Of a stretch of DNA of 64,000 bases, positions 51,238 to 64,000 are shown in pieces. The number at the start of each line of letters is the position of its first letter. Position 1 is the first letter of the stretch. The notes below the pieces were generated by a model. It ran no database searches, was not told the origin of the DNA, and was given only the letters and a program-made list of their open reading frames with translations. A program made the position numbers and the translations under genes. The stretch is from Octopus vulgaris (taxonomy: Eukaryota), in NCBI GenBank assembly GCA_951406725.2, contig OX597819.1:62062001-62126000 (forward strand). The letters run 5' to 3'.

Positions 51238-53250
51238 CACACACACACATACACGTGCTTAAAGCTAGAAGTGATTATCTCCCCTTGAATAGCAGCAGTC
51301 AACCATTTGTACACACACATCCACAGACATGGAGGTGTGGTTCAGAAGCTTGCTTCCCAGCTCTGTGGTTCTATGCATGATACTTTGGTTAAGTGTCTTC
51401 TACTATAGCCCCTTTTCAATTAAATCCTTGTGAATGGATTTAGTAAACAGAAACTGAAAGAAGCCCATCATTTAATGTTTTCCTTCCATGCTGGCATGAG
51501 TTGGATGGTTTAACAGCAGCTAGCAAACCAGAAGACTGCCAAGCTCTACAGTTTGCTTTGGCATAGCTTCTATGGCTGAATCCCCTTCCTAATGCCAACT
51601 ACTTTACAGATTATACTGGGTGCTTTTTATGTGGCACCAACAAGGTCACCAAGTAACTTGCAAGAAAAGATCCCCAACTAAGGGGGAAGTAGTACAGAGG
51701 AAGATGACCTTGTTCCAGGTGATGAAAGGTTAGATTATAATAGAGGGATAGAAACTGGTATTTTGCATAGAGAGATACATGGCTACCCCAGTTGGAAGCA
51801 ATGAGAGGAGAGTGTGCAGTTGTGTATACAAGCATTACTGTCACCCAAGCAGCTTTCCGTAAAAATGTTTGGCCATGAGGAAATGTGAAGTTACTTGTAA
51901 ACAAGAAGGGTATTTAGCTATAGAAAATCTACTGCAATGAATTTTGTGTGACCTTATGGACTTTTTGAAGTTAATCTTGGGTGGTGGGGAACAATGTAGT
52001 GTAATATGTTTATGTGGTAGATGAAAAAATATCTTTATGGGTAATGCAATCTGGTTGGTAACAAAAAGTTTGTTCTGAAATTTCTGTTGAATTGCACTGC
52101 CTTTATTTCAATTGAGTTTGAATATATGAATTTAGTAAAATAACTGTCATTGTTAAGCTAGAATTTGGAACCTGAATTAACATGAAAATTTGATGGAAGA
52201 TTTTCATTTAAATCACTTTGAATAGGATGTTTGTTACACAGAACCAAGGGCAGTCTTGGGTGGGTTGGTATCAAAAGGGTTAAAGCTCTGTTGAACCTGT
52301 TTGGGTGGCTTCTGCTAAATTAGTTGAATTATAGCTAGTTATAGAATTGGTTGAATTATAGATAATTATTGTGATCACTCATCCAAGCATGTATACAAAT
52401 ACAGGTGCTGGAAGTTTGATTCGTGCAGGTCACATTCATTAGTGTTGAAAGCTTGTTGAATTCAGTTGGATGGGTAGACGGTTATAGTGTTGGAAATTAA
52501 TGGTTGATTTTTAAGCTATTGTTATGGTTCATTCAAGCGTGTGTCTACGTGTATGTATGTATATATATATGTATATATAACAATGAAGAAATAAGTGATA
52601 TAGATATCCAATTTATACAGAACCAATTAGCACTCTGATAGAGCTTCAGGAATATAAAATTAAAGAAGGAGAGAAGACAAATTCAAAGGTCGATGTATAT
52701 ATTCATTCAATCCATATTAACAAAATTCTCCATGGTATACAAAGTACATACATAGATGCATTCATCTATATGATATATAAAAAAATTTCTAAGAATTTAT
52801 ATACACATACATATACATGAAAATTTATAAATATATAAAAATTCATAAACATATAAAAATATAAGTCCATAAATGTACTTGCAAAGTCCGAACGTTCGAA
52901 TTTGAATCACTGAAGAGGAAGATAATAAACGAATGTAAAATGGTTCATAAGGGTCTAAAACATGTATAAAACCTTACAGTTTCAAAAAGATATAGGTTCT
53001 ATGGGTGAGCTAACTCCAACCATAGTAATTCTCTATATTTCTCTCATCAGAGTTAATAGATTCACAAGGTTAAAACTTTAAAAGAAATGGTAGGTTAGAT
53101 GATTTTTAAAAACTGAATGTTTAATCGGACCATTCTCTTCAAGGAGATGATGTTAAAAGGCTAAAGTGCATTATAACACTATATAGAGTATAAAGTTTTT
53201 TGAAGAGTCCATAATATGAAGTAAGGCTAGATTAGGATCCTATAGTTTAT

Positions 53251-53830
53251 TTATTTTTGGTGAAAGTTTAAAAAATTTAAAAGTTGGAGATATTTGTGTC
53301 TACAGGTAATTATAACATCAGATATCTTAAGAAACCTATTTTTGTTGGCTTTGATTATGTGGATTGTCTCCTTCGTGCATAAATCACAATTCTTCGTGTG
53401 TGTATTATATGGTGTGACTTCCTTTATAGACCAATCCAGACTGAATTCTTTATTGTTCATTTTTAATTTATTGATGTATGTTGCTAGTGTGGTTGAATTT
53501 TTTGTTTTGTGGTTAGTGAAAGAGTTTATATGCACCCTATATCTATCTACTTATGAAGTCAGTTGTACTACCTTTGTAAATCTTTTTAGGTTCATTTAGG
53601 ACTGAGGCTTCAACTTTATATATGGTATTTCTCCTTAAACAGAGCCTTTAAGGGGACAAAATTCCCTATTACGACAATTGTTTTTATTTTGTTTCCTGGT
53701 TTAGTCTTACTATTTTTAATATCCATGCTCTTATTATTGTTCTTTGTGTTAGGGTCAGCTAAGTTATCTCTATTGGTTTTATTTCTAAGTTTGTCTATTA
53801 TTGGCTGCAATGATAGATCCAAGATTGGGT
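53251..53830 (-). pseudogene. Penelope-like element GIY-YIG endonuclease relic
   Basis: CPLKG..IYKVEAS..KIYKGST (frameshifted), then HINSF..KNSTTLATYINKLK..WSI..Y..NCDLCTKE..CRHK, the characteristic PLE GIY-YIG C-terminus. Confidence 0.75.
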
Positions 53831-54134
53831 GTGGTAGAATAGGATAATTTAAGATGTGTGTGCGTGCGTGCGCAACAGGTCAGTGAAAGGTCAGATTCAA
53901 TGATTTTTGTTTAAATGTTACCTTTGAATATTTTCAATTATGAATTTTTACTGGCTTTGTAGAAATTAGGTATTATTATTTGATGTTAATATAGATTTTT
54001 TTTTCCTCATTAGCAGTTGGATGCATGTATATGCGTGCGCAATTATAGCTTTATTGTACATCTTTATTGGTTAGTAAACATATGTCTCTTCATACACACA
54101 AACGTACATTTTGTGTGTATATAGATATTATCAC

Positions 54135-55530
54135 ATCACCGTTGTTTAAAGTCAGTTTTCCATGCTAGCATGAGTTGAATGGTTTCACAAGAGCTGTCCA
54201 GACTCCAATTGTCTCTTGTGGCATGGCTTCATGTCCTTCCTGATGCTAACCACTTTGAGTGTGCTGAGTGCGTTTACACAGCACCAATGTGTGTGCATTT
54301 TGTGTGGTACCAGCACCTGAAAAGGACAGGCTTGTATGTGTGGATGACACTGAATTTACTTGGCTTGACACGTCTTCTCTAGTACAACGAATCGCCATAA
54401 CTCTTGTGCTTTTGTCATTTCTTCAGTGTCTGAAGATTCTTTCTTAACACTTTGCCCCATGTCTTCCTGGGCCTACCCCTTCCCCAGGTTCCTTCCACAG
54501 TTAGAACTTGGCACTTTATTTGGCTGTCCTCATCCATACACATCATGTGACCAAACCAATGCAGTCTTCTCTCTTGCACACATCTGCTGCTTCATATATG
54601 TAGTTTTCCTCTTAAATCATTTACAATCTGTCATGTGTGAACACTGATATTACCCCTCCAGTGGAGCATGTTAGCTTCCTTTCTTTCAAGCCTTCACAAG
54701 TCTTCTGTAGTTATAACCCATGTCTCACTGCCATGTAACATAGCAGTATATGCACAGGCATCATACAATCTGCCTCTCTCTCTCTGAGAGAGAGGCCCTT
54801 TGTTACCAATAAAGGTAGAAGCTGTCTGAACTTTGCCCATTCTGTACTTATTCTAGCAACTACACTTTCAGAACTTCCTCCTCCACTGCTAACTTGGTCG
54901 CCTAGGTAACAGAAGCTATCTACTACTTCTAATGATCACCTGAGCATTTGTGGGAGTCGATTGCCTGCACATTTTTAGTGCGTATTGTACCTGCACATTT
55001 GTTCACACAGATTATTTTCTGTTAACCTTCCTGTGATTCTGCTACACCTCGTATGTGTCGACAAGTGGGGGCTGAGAACTGATCCTTGGTGAACTCCTAC
55101 CTGTATATTGAATTCATTGCTATACTTACTGGCAGCATCCCTGTACATGGTTTGTATGGTTTGTACAGCTAACCACTCCTCTGTCCCTAGCTTCCGCATT
55201 GACCACCAAGTAAGGGGGTAGAGAACCCTGTCAAAGGTTTTCTCGATTTTGACAGCTAAATACTTCTGCAGTTGCTTTATCAGGAATATAGCATCAGTCA
55301 TGCTTCTCTCAGACACAAAACCAAACTGCATCTCATTTAGGCTAACTCTCTTCCTAATTAGTTGAGCTGTAACCCTCTCTGTATCTTTCATTACCTGGTT
55401 CAGCAGTTTCATACCTATGTAACTATTTCTGTCTTTGTTGCAGTTGACTTTGGTACTGCTGCACCAGTCGTTGGGTCTGACTTCCTTGTGGACAGCAATA
55501 TTAGTCCAAATCCCATTCCGCCAGGTGTTT
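54135..55530 (-). mobile_element. RTE LINE relic (RT domain + 3'UTR) in OGT intron 1
   Basis: EMQFGFVSERSMTDAIF..EKTFDRV..GVHQGSVLSP (54975-55412), followed by the same C-terminal and 3'UTR sequence as 625-1420. Confidence 0.88.
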
Positions 55531-56029
55531 TAAGCATATATATATATATGTAAAATACAAAACCTGATTTTATACACACGCACACTGGTATATATTCATA
55601 TACCTATCCACATGTAAATGTGTACACTAACAAATACATGTACTTGTGTTGGTGTTAATAAATATGCATAAATAAATAGATGTCTTCAGACATTGCTGTA
55701 TGATCTTACATACACGTGTAAGCATAAATATAAACATGTAGACACACATATGCACATCATTATCGTCATCACCGTTTAATATCTATATTCCATGTTAACA
55801 TGGGATAAATGGTTTGACGTGATCCAATGAACCAGAGTGCTACTTTGTGCTTCATTGGCACCTTTAGTAAGATTTCTATGGCTAGATATCCTTCATAATA
55901 CCAACCCTCACACATATATATAAATTGTATATATAAATATATTCACATGCATACAAATATTTATATATATATATGTACATATAGTTATTGATGTATATAT
56001 ACTTACACCTATATTCAAAATATTTACCT

Positions 56030-57229
56030 AAGGGTGTTCTGGCCAAATTTGACAGTTCGCATAAAAGGAAAAGACATGAATATCCAGTTCAAAAATAAGT
56101 ATTTTAAAAACTCAAAAAATATCAAGATTATGGTTTGGAGATAAGTTTACTCAAGGTAACCATCCTCAGCTTCCAACATAGTCTTCTTTATGGTGTCCCT
56201 TGGAAGATCTTCGAACACCTTGATTTTGACCATTTGCTCGACAGTGTTGTAGGTAGAGTGATTGTTGTCGTTCTCAACTGTACTCAACACATAATAAACA
56301 ATAGGATTATAATCACGGGAATTAAGTGGCCAGAAATTGGGGCTGCCAAAATTGTAGAAATTCTCCAGTAACTACTTTTAACTCTTTTTTTGGAGGTATG
56401 GTTAGGAGCTGAATCCTACTACCACACATATGGCCTTTCAGCAGCTTTATGGCGACATCTGAATTGAACCCAAGTGCCTGTTCAAAGATGTGGGGCAGCA
56501 TGACGTTTCCCCCACTTGACACCTAAGACCATCAGAGTTTGAGGGAACTTCCCTCAAGACAATCAGTTTGAGGGAACTTGGTTTTTATGATATGTGGGAT
56601 AGCACTTGGTTTGTAGGCAAGCCACCTGTTCTGGGTGTTATGAATCTGGTCCTGGCAGAAGTTCTTTTCATCTGAAAAAAACAGATCATCTCCAATTTCA
56701 CCAGGATGCCTCAGCTTGTTCAGGAGCTTCTTTGCTTTCATTAAGTGGTTCTCCTTGGCCTTGTGCCTCTTGTTTGTGTGGTAGTGAAGGTCCTCATTTA
56801 GGGCAACTTCCAACAGTTTCCCTTGCCAAAACCTGGATTCTTTTTATTGGATTTTTCATCTTATCCTGCTGTTGTTGGATGAATTCTAACATGAATGCAG
56901 TCAGAATGTCTGCTGTGTCCCTTCCTGCTAGCCATGGCTTTGTAGTCTCTATTGCAGATTTCTGTCACACCTTACAGCCTTTACAGTATTCACAGAGCAT
57001 TAAGCAGCAGTTATGATGTTAGCATTTTGCTACTTGGTACAGATCATCATGATACTAATAACTTATTTTCAATATTCAGTTGGCTTTCAGTCCTCCATGT
57101 CAGCTAACTTTTTCTTAACTAAAACTTCAACCATTATGCTCTCCAATGCTGTTGACTGTTCACCAATACATTAAGCTGTTCCTGAAAAATGGAGACAAAA
57201 CATTGTCAGATTTAGCCTGAACACCATAT
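56030..57229 (-). mobile_element. maT/mariner (DD37D-like) transposon, degenerate near-full-length copy in OGT intron 1
   Basis: FFSDEKNF...NTQNRWLA...KTKFPQT, then DSAPNHTSK and FWPLNSRDYNP with frameshifts. Inverted termini gggtgttctggccaaatttgaca / tgtcagatttagcctgaacacc. Confidence 0.8.
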
Positions 57230-57237
57230 ACTGCATG

Positions 57238-57275
<38 letters not shown>

Positions 57276-59714
57276 TAATGATTTTGCAGGCATTTGAATA
57301 TTATATACAATGCCTTAGGTTTCCTTCGTTTCTCTATTCTTTAAAATGAAATATAGAGTTCAACTTTACCTCTCATCCCAAATTATTTATTGATACTTCT
57401 CTTTTTCTGTGTGTGTGTGTGTGTGTGTGTATCTGTCTTTCTGGAAGAAATTGATTGTGATTGGACCTAGAGAGGGATGGGCTTCATTAGTTTTATATGC
57501 TCAGTAGGCATCCGGAAGTGTAATTTATTTATCGAAGGGAGTGACTGTTTACTTTTTCAGTACAAAACCTGGTTTTGGAAGTGTGTATATTGTCATAAAT
57601 ATAGATACTTAAATATAAATACTGATGTAAAAAGAAATATTTTATTATTTCAAGTTTGTGAAACTTATATTTTGATGGCATTATATTTATTCTGTCTGAA
57701 AAACAAGAGACTATTCTATATAATTATTGCTAGTGAATTACTTTTAGTTTTTTTCTTCAATGTATTCAGGTGTATACCATATCCTTTCTAAGTATGTAAA
57801 AGGTATCAGGAAAAGTTGTGTGTGAATCTAAGTAGATATGTGTCCTTGTGTTTGTTTACATAGGCACTGGAAATTGCAAGCTTTTAAATTCAAATGATTA
57901 AAAGTCTTGTGATAAGTGCTCACCAGCCTTTGTTTTATTGCTTCGATCAGATGACATGTGCATCCAAGTTCCTGAGAAGAATAATTTGTAATACTTGTGA
58001 TGTGGTGTAGCAAATACCTTCAAGTTGTTTAGGAACTCAACAGAGTAATTTACTGTTCATTTGGCATTTGAAAATTTGTCTATAGGCTTGTAAATAAATT
58101 TATCTTTATGCAACTTGAATTGTTCATTGATCATTTTAACATCCTTTTGGTTTGGGCAAGTGTTGCTTTTTTTTTAATTATAGACATTTGTGATTGTGAT
58201 AGATGTCTTGAATTTTGGGAAAAAATAATATTTATTTTTCTTTCTGTTTGTGAACTGAAGTTGCTTCTCTTGTTGTATTCAGTTTAAATTTCTTAACATA
58301 CCTCCTTAAATTCAGGTTCAAGTAGCTTCTGATATGAGATTTTATGGCTGTTAGGATGACTGAAAGTCACCTGCTATGACTACATATATTGCTGATCTCA
58401 TGGTCCAATACAAAGCCTCAAAAACAAATTTATGGGATATTTCAAATTTTCATTGAACACTTTCACAGTTGTTTTAGTGTGTTTTGTGTAAATCTGATGG
58501 GGATATGTATGTATGTATGTATGTAAACCTACACACATGCTATATTTCATTCTTTCTTGTCAAGAAATTTATTTGATCCATAACCATTCTTTTTCTATCG
58601 CACTACTCTTACTTTTGTCTATTTGTCCCCTTTTTCTGTCTTTCTTTTTGCTTTGCCTATCTGATTGTCTCTCTCTCACTGTTCTTTTCTCTGCCATCAA
58701 TAATCTGCCAATCCTGTGCCATAAACAAACAACACTCACTGATAATAACAAACATGACAGATTACCTATATCTATATTATATAAATGTGATCTGTAAAAT
58801 ATATATCAGATATAAAATCTCAGCGGTATATATGTCAGGCATTAGCTGTGTGATTGAGGAGTTTGCTTTGCAATCTCTTGGTTTTGGATCCAGCCTCATA
58901 GTACAGTAATTTGGGGCAAGTGTCATCTACCATTGCTCTAGGTTGATCAGTACCTTGTGAGTGAATGTGGTTGACAGAAACTTAATTAAGCCTTCCATGT
59001 GTGTGTGAATCTTGATATTTTGTTTGTCTCTATGTAAACATAATAGTGCTAATTTTTACATTCCTTGTTGACATAACTGGTCCCTCTGCACTTCTGAAAA
59101 CCAGTGGAATATAAAAAGGGCTGGTGAGTGGAAGAGCATCTGGTTGCTGAACCCTGCCTCAAAATCAGTTTCTTGTTCAAGCCATGCTAGTACAGAAAAA
59201 CAAGTGTTAAATAACTCTATATCATAGTATCATTCACACAGTATTTTCATTTTATCTTAAATCTATCTGTAACACAAATGCAATTTACCCCATTATTTCT
59301 GCTCATCAGCTATAGAGGTAATGAATAGTCAATGTAGGGGGTGACATCATCTTGCTGAATTCATTTTCGTTTGGTTTGATTTCTATGACCAGTTGCCCTT
59401 CCTAACATCAGCTGCATTACAGAGTGCACTAGGTGTGTTTTCTTTTGTGACAACAGTTCTTGAGAGGTAACCATGATCTTATCATAACTAAAGGATCTTT
59501 ACTCGCTTTGTCTGCCTCTTTAAAGAGAATGAGAAGCTAAAGTAATAAACATAAATGATAGTGATGAAAGGGATGTGTGATAGGATGAAAATGAAAACAG
59601 TAAATGCTTTGGGCTTAAAACAATATATATATCTAATATTGTTCTATCATCCTCAGATGTGTTTCAATATATTTCTTACACACTCATGAGTTGCAAAAAA
59701 ATAAAAAATAAACT

Positions 59715-60250
59715 GCATGTCACATCTGCTGAAAACTTGCTTTAAGTTTGAAATTCTCAGTGCTTGCATGTACCAACAAATGTTTGAGTATGTAGCATGG
59801 GTTGATCATTATAATTACGCAGTCTACATGACTATCGACATTATAAATGTCTTGATGTGTGTAAACAAAATATGGCCACTTCAAGAGAATTTGATTCTGC
59901 TGCAAAACATACCTGTGACAACCCTCAATTTCTTGAATTTTAAATGTACGTTTTCTACATGTACAAGCTGTTTCTACTAGCCAGCTATACTCCTCATTAG
60001 GTTTGTCCATCAATCAAGAATCTTGTAAACACCATCTCTCTTCAGTAGCTTCATGGATGATTATGTGTACATTGTTATAGAATTCTTGCTAAATTCTTTA
60101 AAAGTTGTTTACTTGGTGTATATAACTTTACAAGATGAAATGATAATCATTCTCTTGTCCATGAAGCTACAGCCATTCAGCAAACTCTGTTTTATTTCCT
60201 GTTTCAGGAGACTTAGGTCTTATCTGTGCTGTATCATTCACTTGCAATGT
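59715..60250 (-). pseudogene. Possible very degenerate DNA-transposase fragment (Sola-like?)
   Basis: Frameshifted VENVHLKFKKLRVVTGMFCSRIK and ..CWYMQALRISNL loosely resemble the FxxPxxDTCxxC / YYxRQLxxxNL motifs. Weak. Confidence 0.3.
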
Positions 60251-60940
60251 TGCTTTCTTCTTTAAAGGAAAGATAATTGATGTTAAGTGTAGGTTGAAAA
60301 TAATGATAAACTATGATGTCAAAAATTGTATGTAAATTAAGATTCTGCTTACTCTTGCAATATCTCAAATACTTTAGTAATATAAAAGAATGTTAACCTC
60401 TTTTGTTACCAGCTCAACTGAGACTACCACTGGTTCTGTGATATAAACTTTTTGAAGTGATGTGATTTAAAACTTTGCAAACAGTAGCTTTATAATGACG
60501 GTTATTTTACTGAATTCATCATTTTTGAAGTTATTTAAAACAGAATTTCAGTAGAACTCTGGTAACAAAAAAGATATACTGTTACATTATAAGTTACCTT
60601 ATACTGTCATATAAGGTAACTTCTCATAAAGCTGCCAATTATTAGTTACGCATTAGAAACATGTTTAAAAACAAATCTTCTCTTACCTGAGCTGGTGCAG
60701 CAAATTGAACAAGCATAAATATCTGGTTTAATATTTCCCTTTAATAAAATTTTAGAACATGACAGGAAATTTCTTGATGCTAATTATGAGTACTCTGTGA
60801 TCAATCATAAGAACTGAAAATTATTCAACACTGATTGCTGAGGTCAGTGTACCAAATGGGAAAATATTGGGCACCATTTTCTGTGAAATACAGGGGAAGT
60901 AGTTTGTAGTAGCTGAATGTCATTACTGGACTAAACAGAC

Positions 60941-61413
60941 CAGGGGTGGGGAAACTCCTACCTGAGTTTCCAATTGCATCAGCGAGTCCATTTTATTGTG
61001 CCCGCAGGCTGGTATACTCGTAGGTACAAATTTTAGTAAATTTTTCATTTATAAAATTTATATAATATATGCCTATTTCTGACATAGGTTGTTTTTCCAC
61101 TGTGACTTAAAATGGTTAGACTCGAACAGGAAATTGTCCAGTAATTGCCATTTGAATGGAAATATTGTTTTTACTATAACACGCATATTACTAGTTTTTT
61201 TACCACCCCCTTGAGAGCCAACTACACTCTAGCTGAAAAATATAGAATACCTCATAAGTAATATAAATGTTCTAAATTCAGTGACAGTGTTAATAATGTT
61301 ATGCATTATATATACAAGATTTACACTTATAAGAGTTAGAATTTATGATTCGCCTACGGACCTTTTTCTTTGGAAATTTTTTCCTGTCCCATTAAAAAGT
61401 TTCCCCACCCCTG
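60941..61413. mobile_element. hAT-type MITE
   Basis: Perfect 16-bp TIR caggggtggggaaact / agtttccccacccctg; 8-bp TSD aaacagac / aaatagac. Confidence 0.9.
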
Positions 61414-62719
61414 AAATAGACCTATCCTCTTGATAGAAAATGAAAGCTAAAACTAAAATGCACACTCTTGCATTGGTACACGTGAAGGCTATTTTTCCCG
61501 TCCATATTCAGGAATGGGGGAAAAGAGGAATGCCACAAACGTATCTAGTTATGTTTGGCTATTGAAGCTAGTTATAATTTTGATGGCATTGTATCTCGCA
61601 TACCATACAAAGTAATGCCAGCTATGTTTGGTTTAAAATAACAAATGACAAAATTAACAAATGCTTTATGTAGAAAGTCTGAGATATTAAGATGCTTGCA
61701 TGAAAGCAATTTCTACAGGGCAATCTAGTAAAGAGCTACTTTAAGCTATTGAATGTAAATAAGAACTGCCTGAAGTTTATATGTTCTGTTTACCAATGTA
61801 AAAATAAAATTAATGCTGGAAATATTTCTTTGTTGATATACTATCAGGCATAAAGAAGCTGAAAGTTTACAATGTGTCTCTTGTGCTACTGACTATTGTT
61901 AATGTTGGAAATGCTTTGTTGATAACATGATCAGCCTGGCAAGTTTAGTTGAAATAATGTAAAGGTTGTCAACTTCATTTAAGATAAAGTAATTGTATCT
62001 AGTCTACTTGACATTGAGTACTCTCTGTAACTTCAGTTTATTTGTGGTATTGCTGTGTCTTTGAGAAATTTGCTTCACAACCATATGGCTTTGAATCTGA
62101 TAGATGACACGACCCCTTGGTCACGTGACTCCTTTATAGCCTCCGGTCAACCAATATCACTTGGAACTATATGGAAGCTTTTGTGTGTTTGTTTTTTTGT
62201 CTTTATGTATCTTTGTGCTGGCACTACTTGTGCAGCAGTGACATTTGTCATCCCATCTACAAAACATTCCGCTTGACAGTTTGATATGCAAAGACCATTG
62301 GAATAAAGTATCTTATTTGAAAACAAGTAATAGAATGGTATCTAATAATAGATGACTGCCTTGTGAACTCTCCTCTTGCACATAGCAGTATGGAGGAATC
62401 AGATGTAAAAATGCTCAGGAGTCATTTGCATCACCCCAGGCATGTCAGTATGGTTAAGAAGTTAACTTTGCAGCCTTGTACAGATGTGTTCTAGTAGTAC
62501 AACCACAGGTTGACCATTGATATCTATGTAATTAGAATTTGATCATTACAAACTGCGTCTGGTGTTTGTTTTTGACCTTAAGAAAAAGAGATTTATTGAA
62601 ATGAGTGCAAGATTAGTATAAGTACTGAGATGTGTATGACCAAACTGTTGAAGAAAATGTCCCTAACTTCAGTTAAATGACTGACACCAGTAAAATATAT
62701 ATTAAACAGAATATATTAA

Positions 62720-62940
62720 CCCTTGAGCATTTAATCTGGCCATATCCAACCCAGATATTCTACCTGTTTTATGTTCAAACTGGCCAGCTCTGGCCTCTCC
62801 CATCTACCCAATATTTGTCATTCTAAACATAAACAGTAACATCACTGAAATCTGAAAATTGCGAAATAATACATGATTAATTCAAAATAATGTGAATAAA
62901 TAAGCTTTACATTTGACAGAATAATCTGAATGCTAAAGGG
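62720..62940. mobile_element. piggyBac-type MITE (related degenerate pieces ~24327-24957, 25400-25605, 52060-52283, 60393-60570)
   Basis: TTAA|cccttgagcatt ... aatgctaaaggg|TTAA. Confidence 0.8.
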
Positions 62941-63173
62941 TTAAAATATATTAATCTGTATTTTTCTGCATACAAAGAAGTCAATAAAAAATAATTGGCT
63001 CTTTTTATTCTAGTTTTAAGCAAGCCAGTTGAAACCATGTTAGGGCATGCTTGTTTTTGTTTTATAGAGAAAAAATGCACATGACCTTTTATTTTATCAA
63101 ATTGTTGTCCCATCATAAATTTATTCAGCTTGCATTTTTAATATCCTGTCATTTTCAATTCTTTTCAATATAG

Positions 63174-63324
63174 GTTTAGCCGAATTAGCACATCGTGAAT
63201 ACCAAGCAGGAGATTATGATAGTGCTGAACAACACTGTATGCAACTATGGAGGCAGGAGTCAGACAACACTGGTGTATTATTACTCTTGTCTTCTATACA
63301 CTTCCAGTGTAGAAGATTAGAAAA
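63174..63324 (+). CDS. OGT: O-GlcNAc transferase (UDP-GlcNAc:peptide N-acetylglucosaminyltransferase) coding exon 2, first TPR repeats
   Basis: Pyrimidine tract + tag acceptor (63171-63173) and gtaagt donor (63325). The 151 nt translate to (G)[49 protein letters not shown](K), near-identical to the N-terminal TPR region of animal OGT. Confidence 0.97.
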
Positions 63325-64000
63325 GTAAGTATATACTCTTAGAACTAGTTTAAACTTACACAAGGGTTTATGAGTACATACTGTATATAATCTGCAAGAG
63401 ATTAGTTTTCATGGTTGTTGCTTCAAGGCTAATGCTATATATAGTTGAATTCATTATTGCTAATATTCAAATATGAATGGGAAAGATAGTTATTGAAAAT
63501 GGTTGCTGTTGAAATGTCAATTTGCTCAGCAACTTGACATTTCTGTTTTAGAGTTGTTTCTAATTTTTTTTTCTTTTCCTGGGGGATGGCTAGCTAAAGT
63601 GCCACAAAATATTTTGTCGCCATTTCTATAAACTTATTTCAGATGAGTAATTGAAAACAATTATTTAGGCTGTTTGATTAATTTTCTTGTATGTATGTGT
63701 GTGTGTACACACACAGTATTCTCTTGACTATCGCAGGTGTTGTGCCCCCCCCCCCTGCAATTGGTGAAAATCTGCAAAGTAGAAACGGCTACTGTACTGT
63801 ATATTCTTATTATTTTTATAATTTGTATATATTTATTTTTTTATTATTGCAAAACACTACCATGGAGGAATCAATGAAAGCTTAAATAATAAACTGCAAT
63901 ATGACAAGGGATTACTCTATATAAAACTAGTAATAAAGCTAAGGTTTAATGATAGCATTATACAATGATATACAAATTGTCCAACCCATGCTAGCATGGA

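Overview
AT-rich, repeat-dense eukaryotic DNA. The SINE/RTE/microsatellite landscape strongly suggests a coleoid cephalopod such as Octopus (inference). The only recognisable host gene is the 5' end of O-GlcNAc transferase (OGT) on the + strand. It has a short first coding exon at 41745-41769 (MAQISDTT-G), a ~21.4 kb intron, and a highly conserved 151-nt second exon at 63174-63324 ([50 protein letters not shown]). The rest is transposon debris: a near-intact Tc1-type transposase with D(36)E spacing, maT/mariner and Tigger/pogo relics, RTE LINE fragments, tandem Helitrons, hAT/piggyBac/Tigger-type MITEs, several tRNA-derived SINE families, a Penelope-like GIY-YIG relic and many microsatellites. 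Almost all ORFs in the supplied track are spurious. Three observations stand out. (1) A 484-bp tandem unit is bounded by two type-I hammerhead-ribozyme motifs with a compensatory stem change (retrozyme/Penelope pLTR-like), and four further hammerhead-like relics occur elsewhere. (2) A foldback DNA element with ~280-bp inverted arms encloses a telomere-type (TTAGGG)n array with a 7-bp TSD, and a second family member lies nearby. (3) A CpG-retention domain (~30-46.5 kb) around the OGT promoter hints at a divergent gene and an internal promoter. All calls were made by eye, without database searches.
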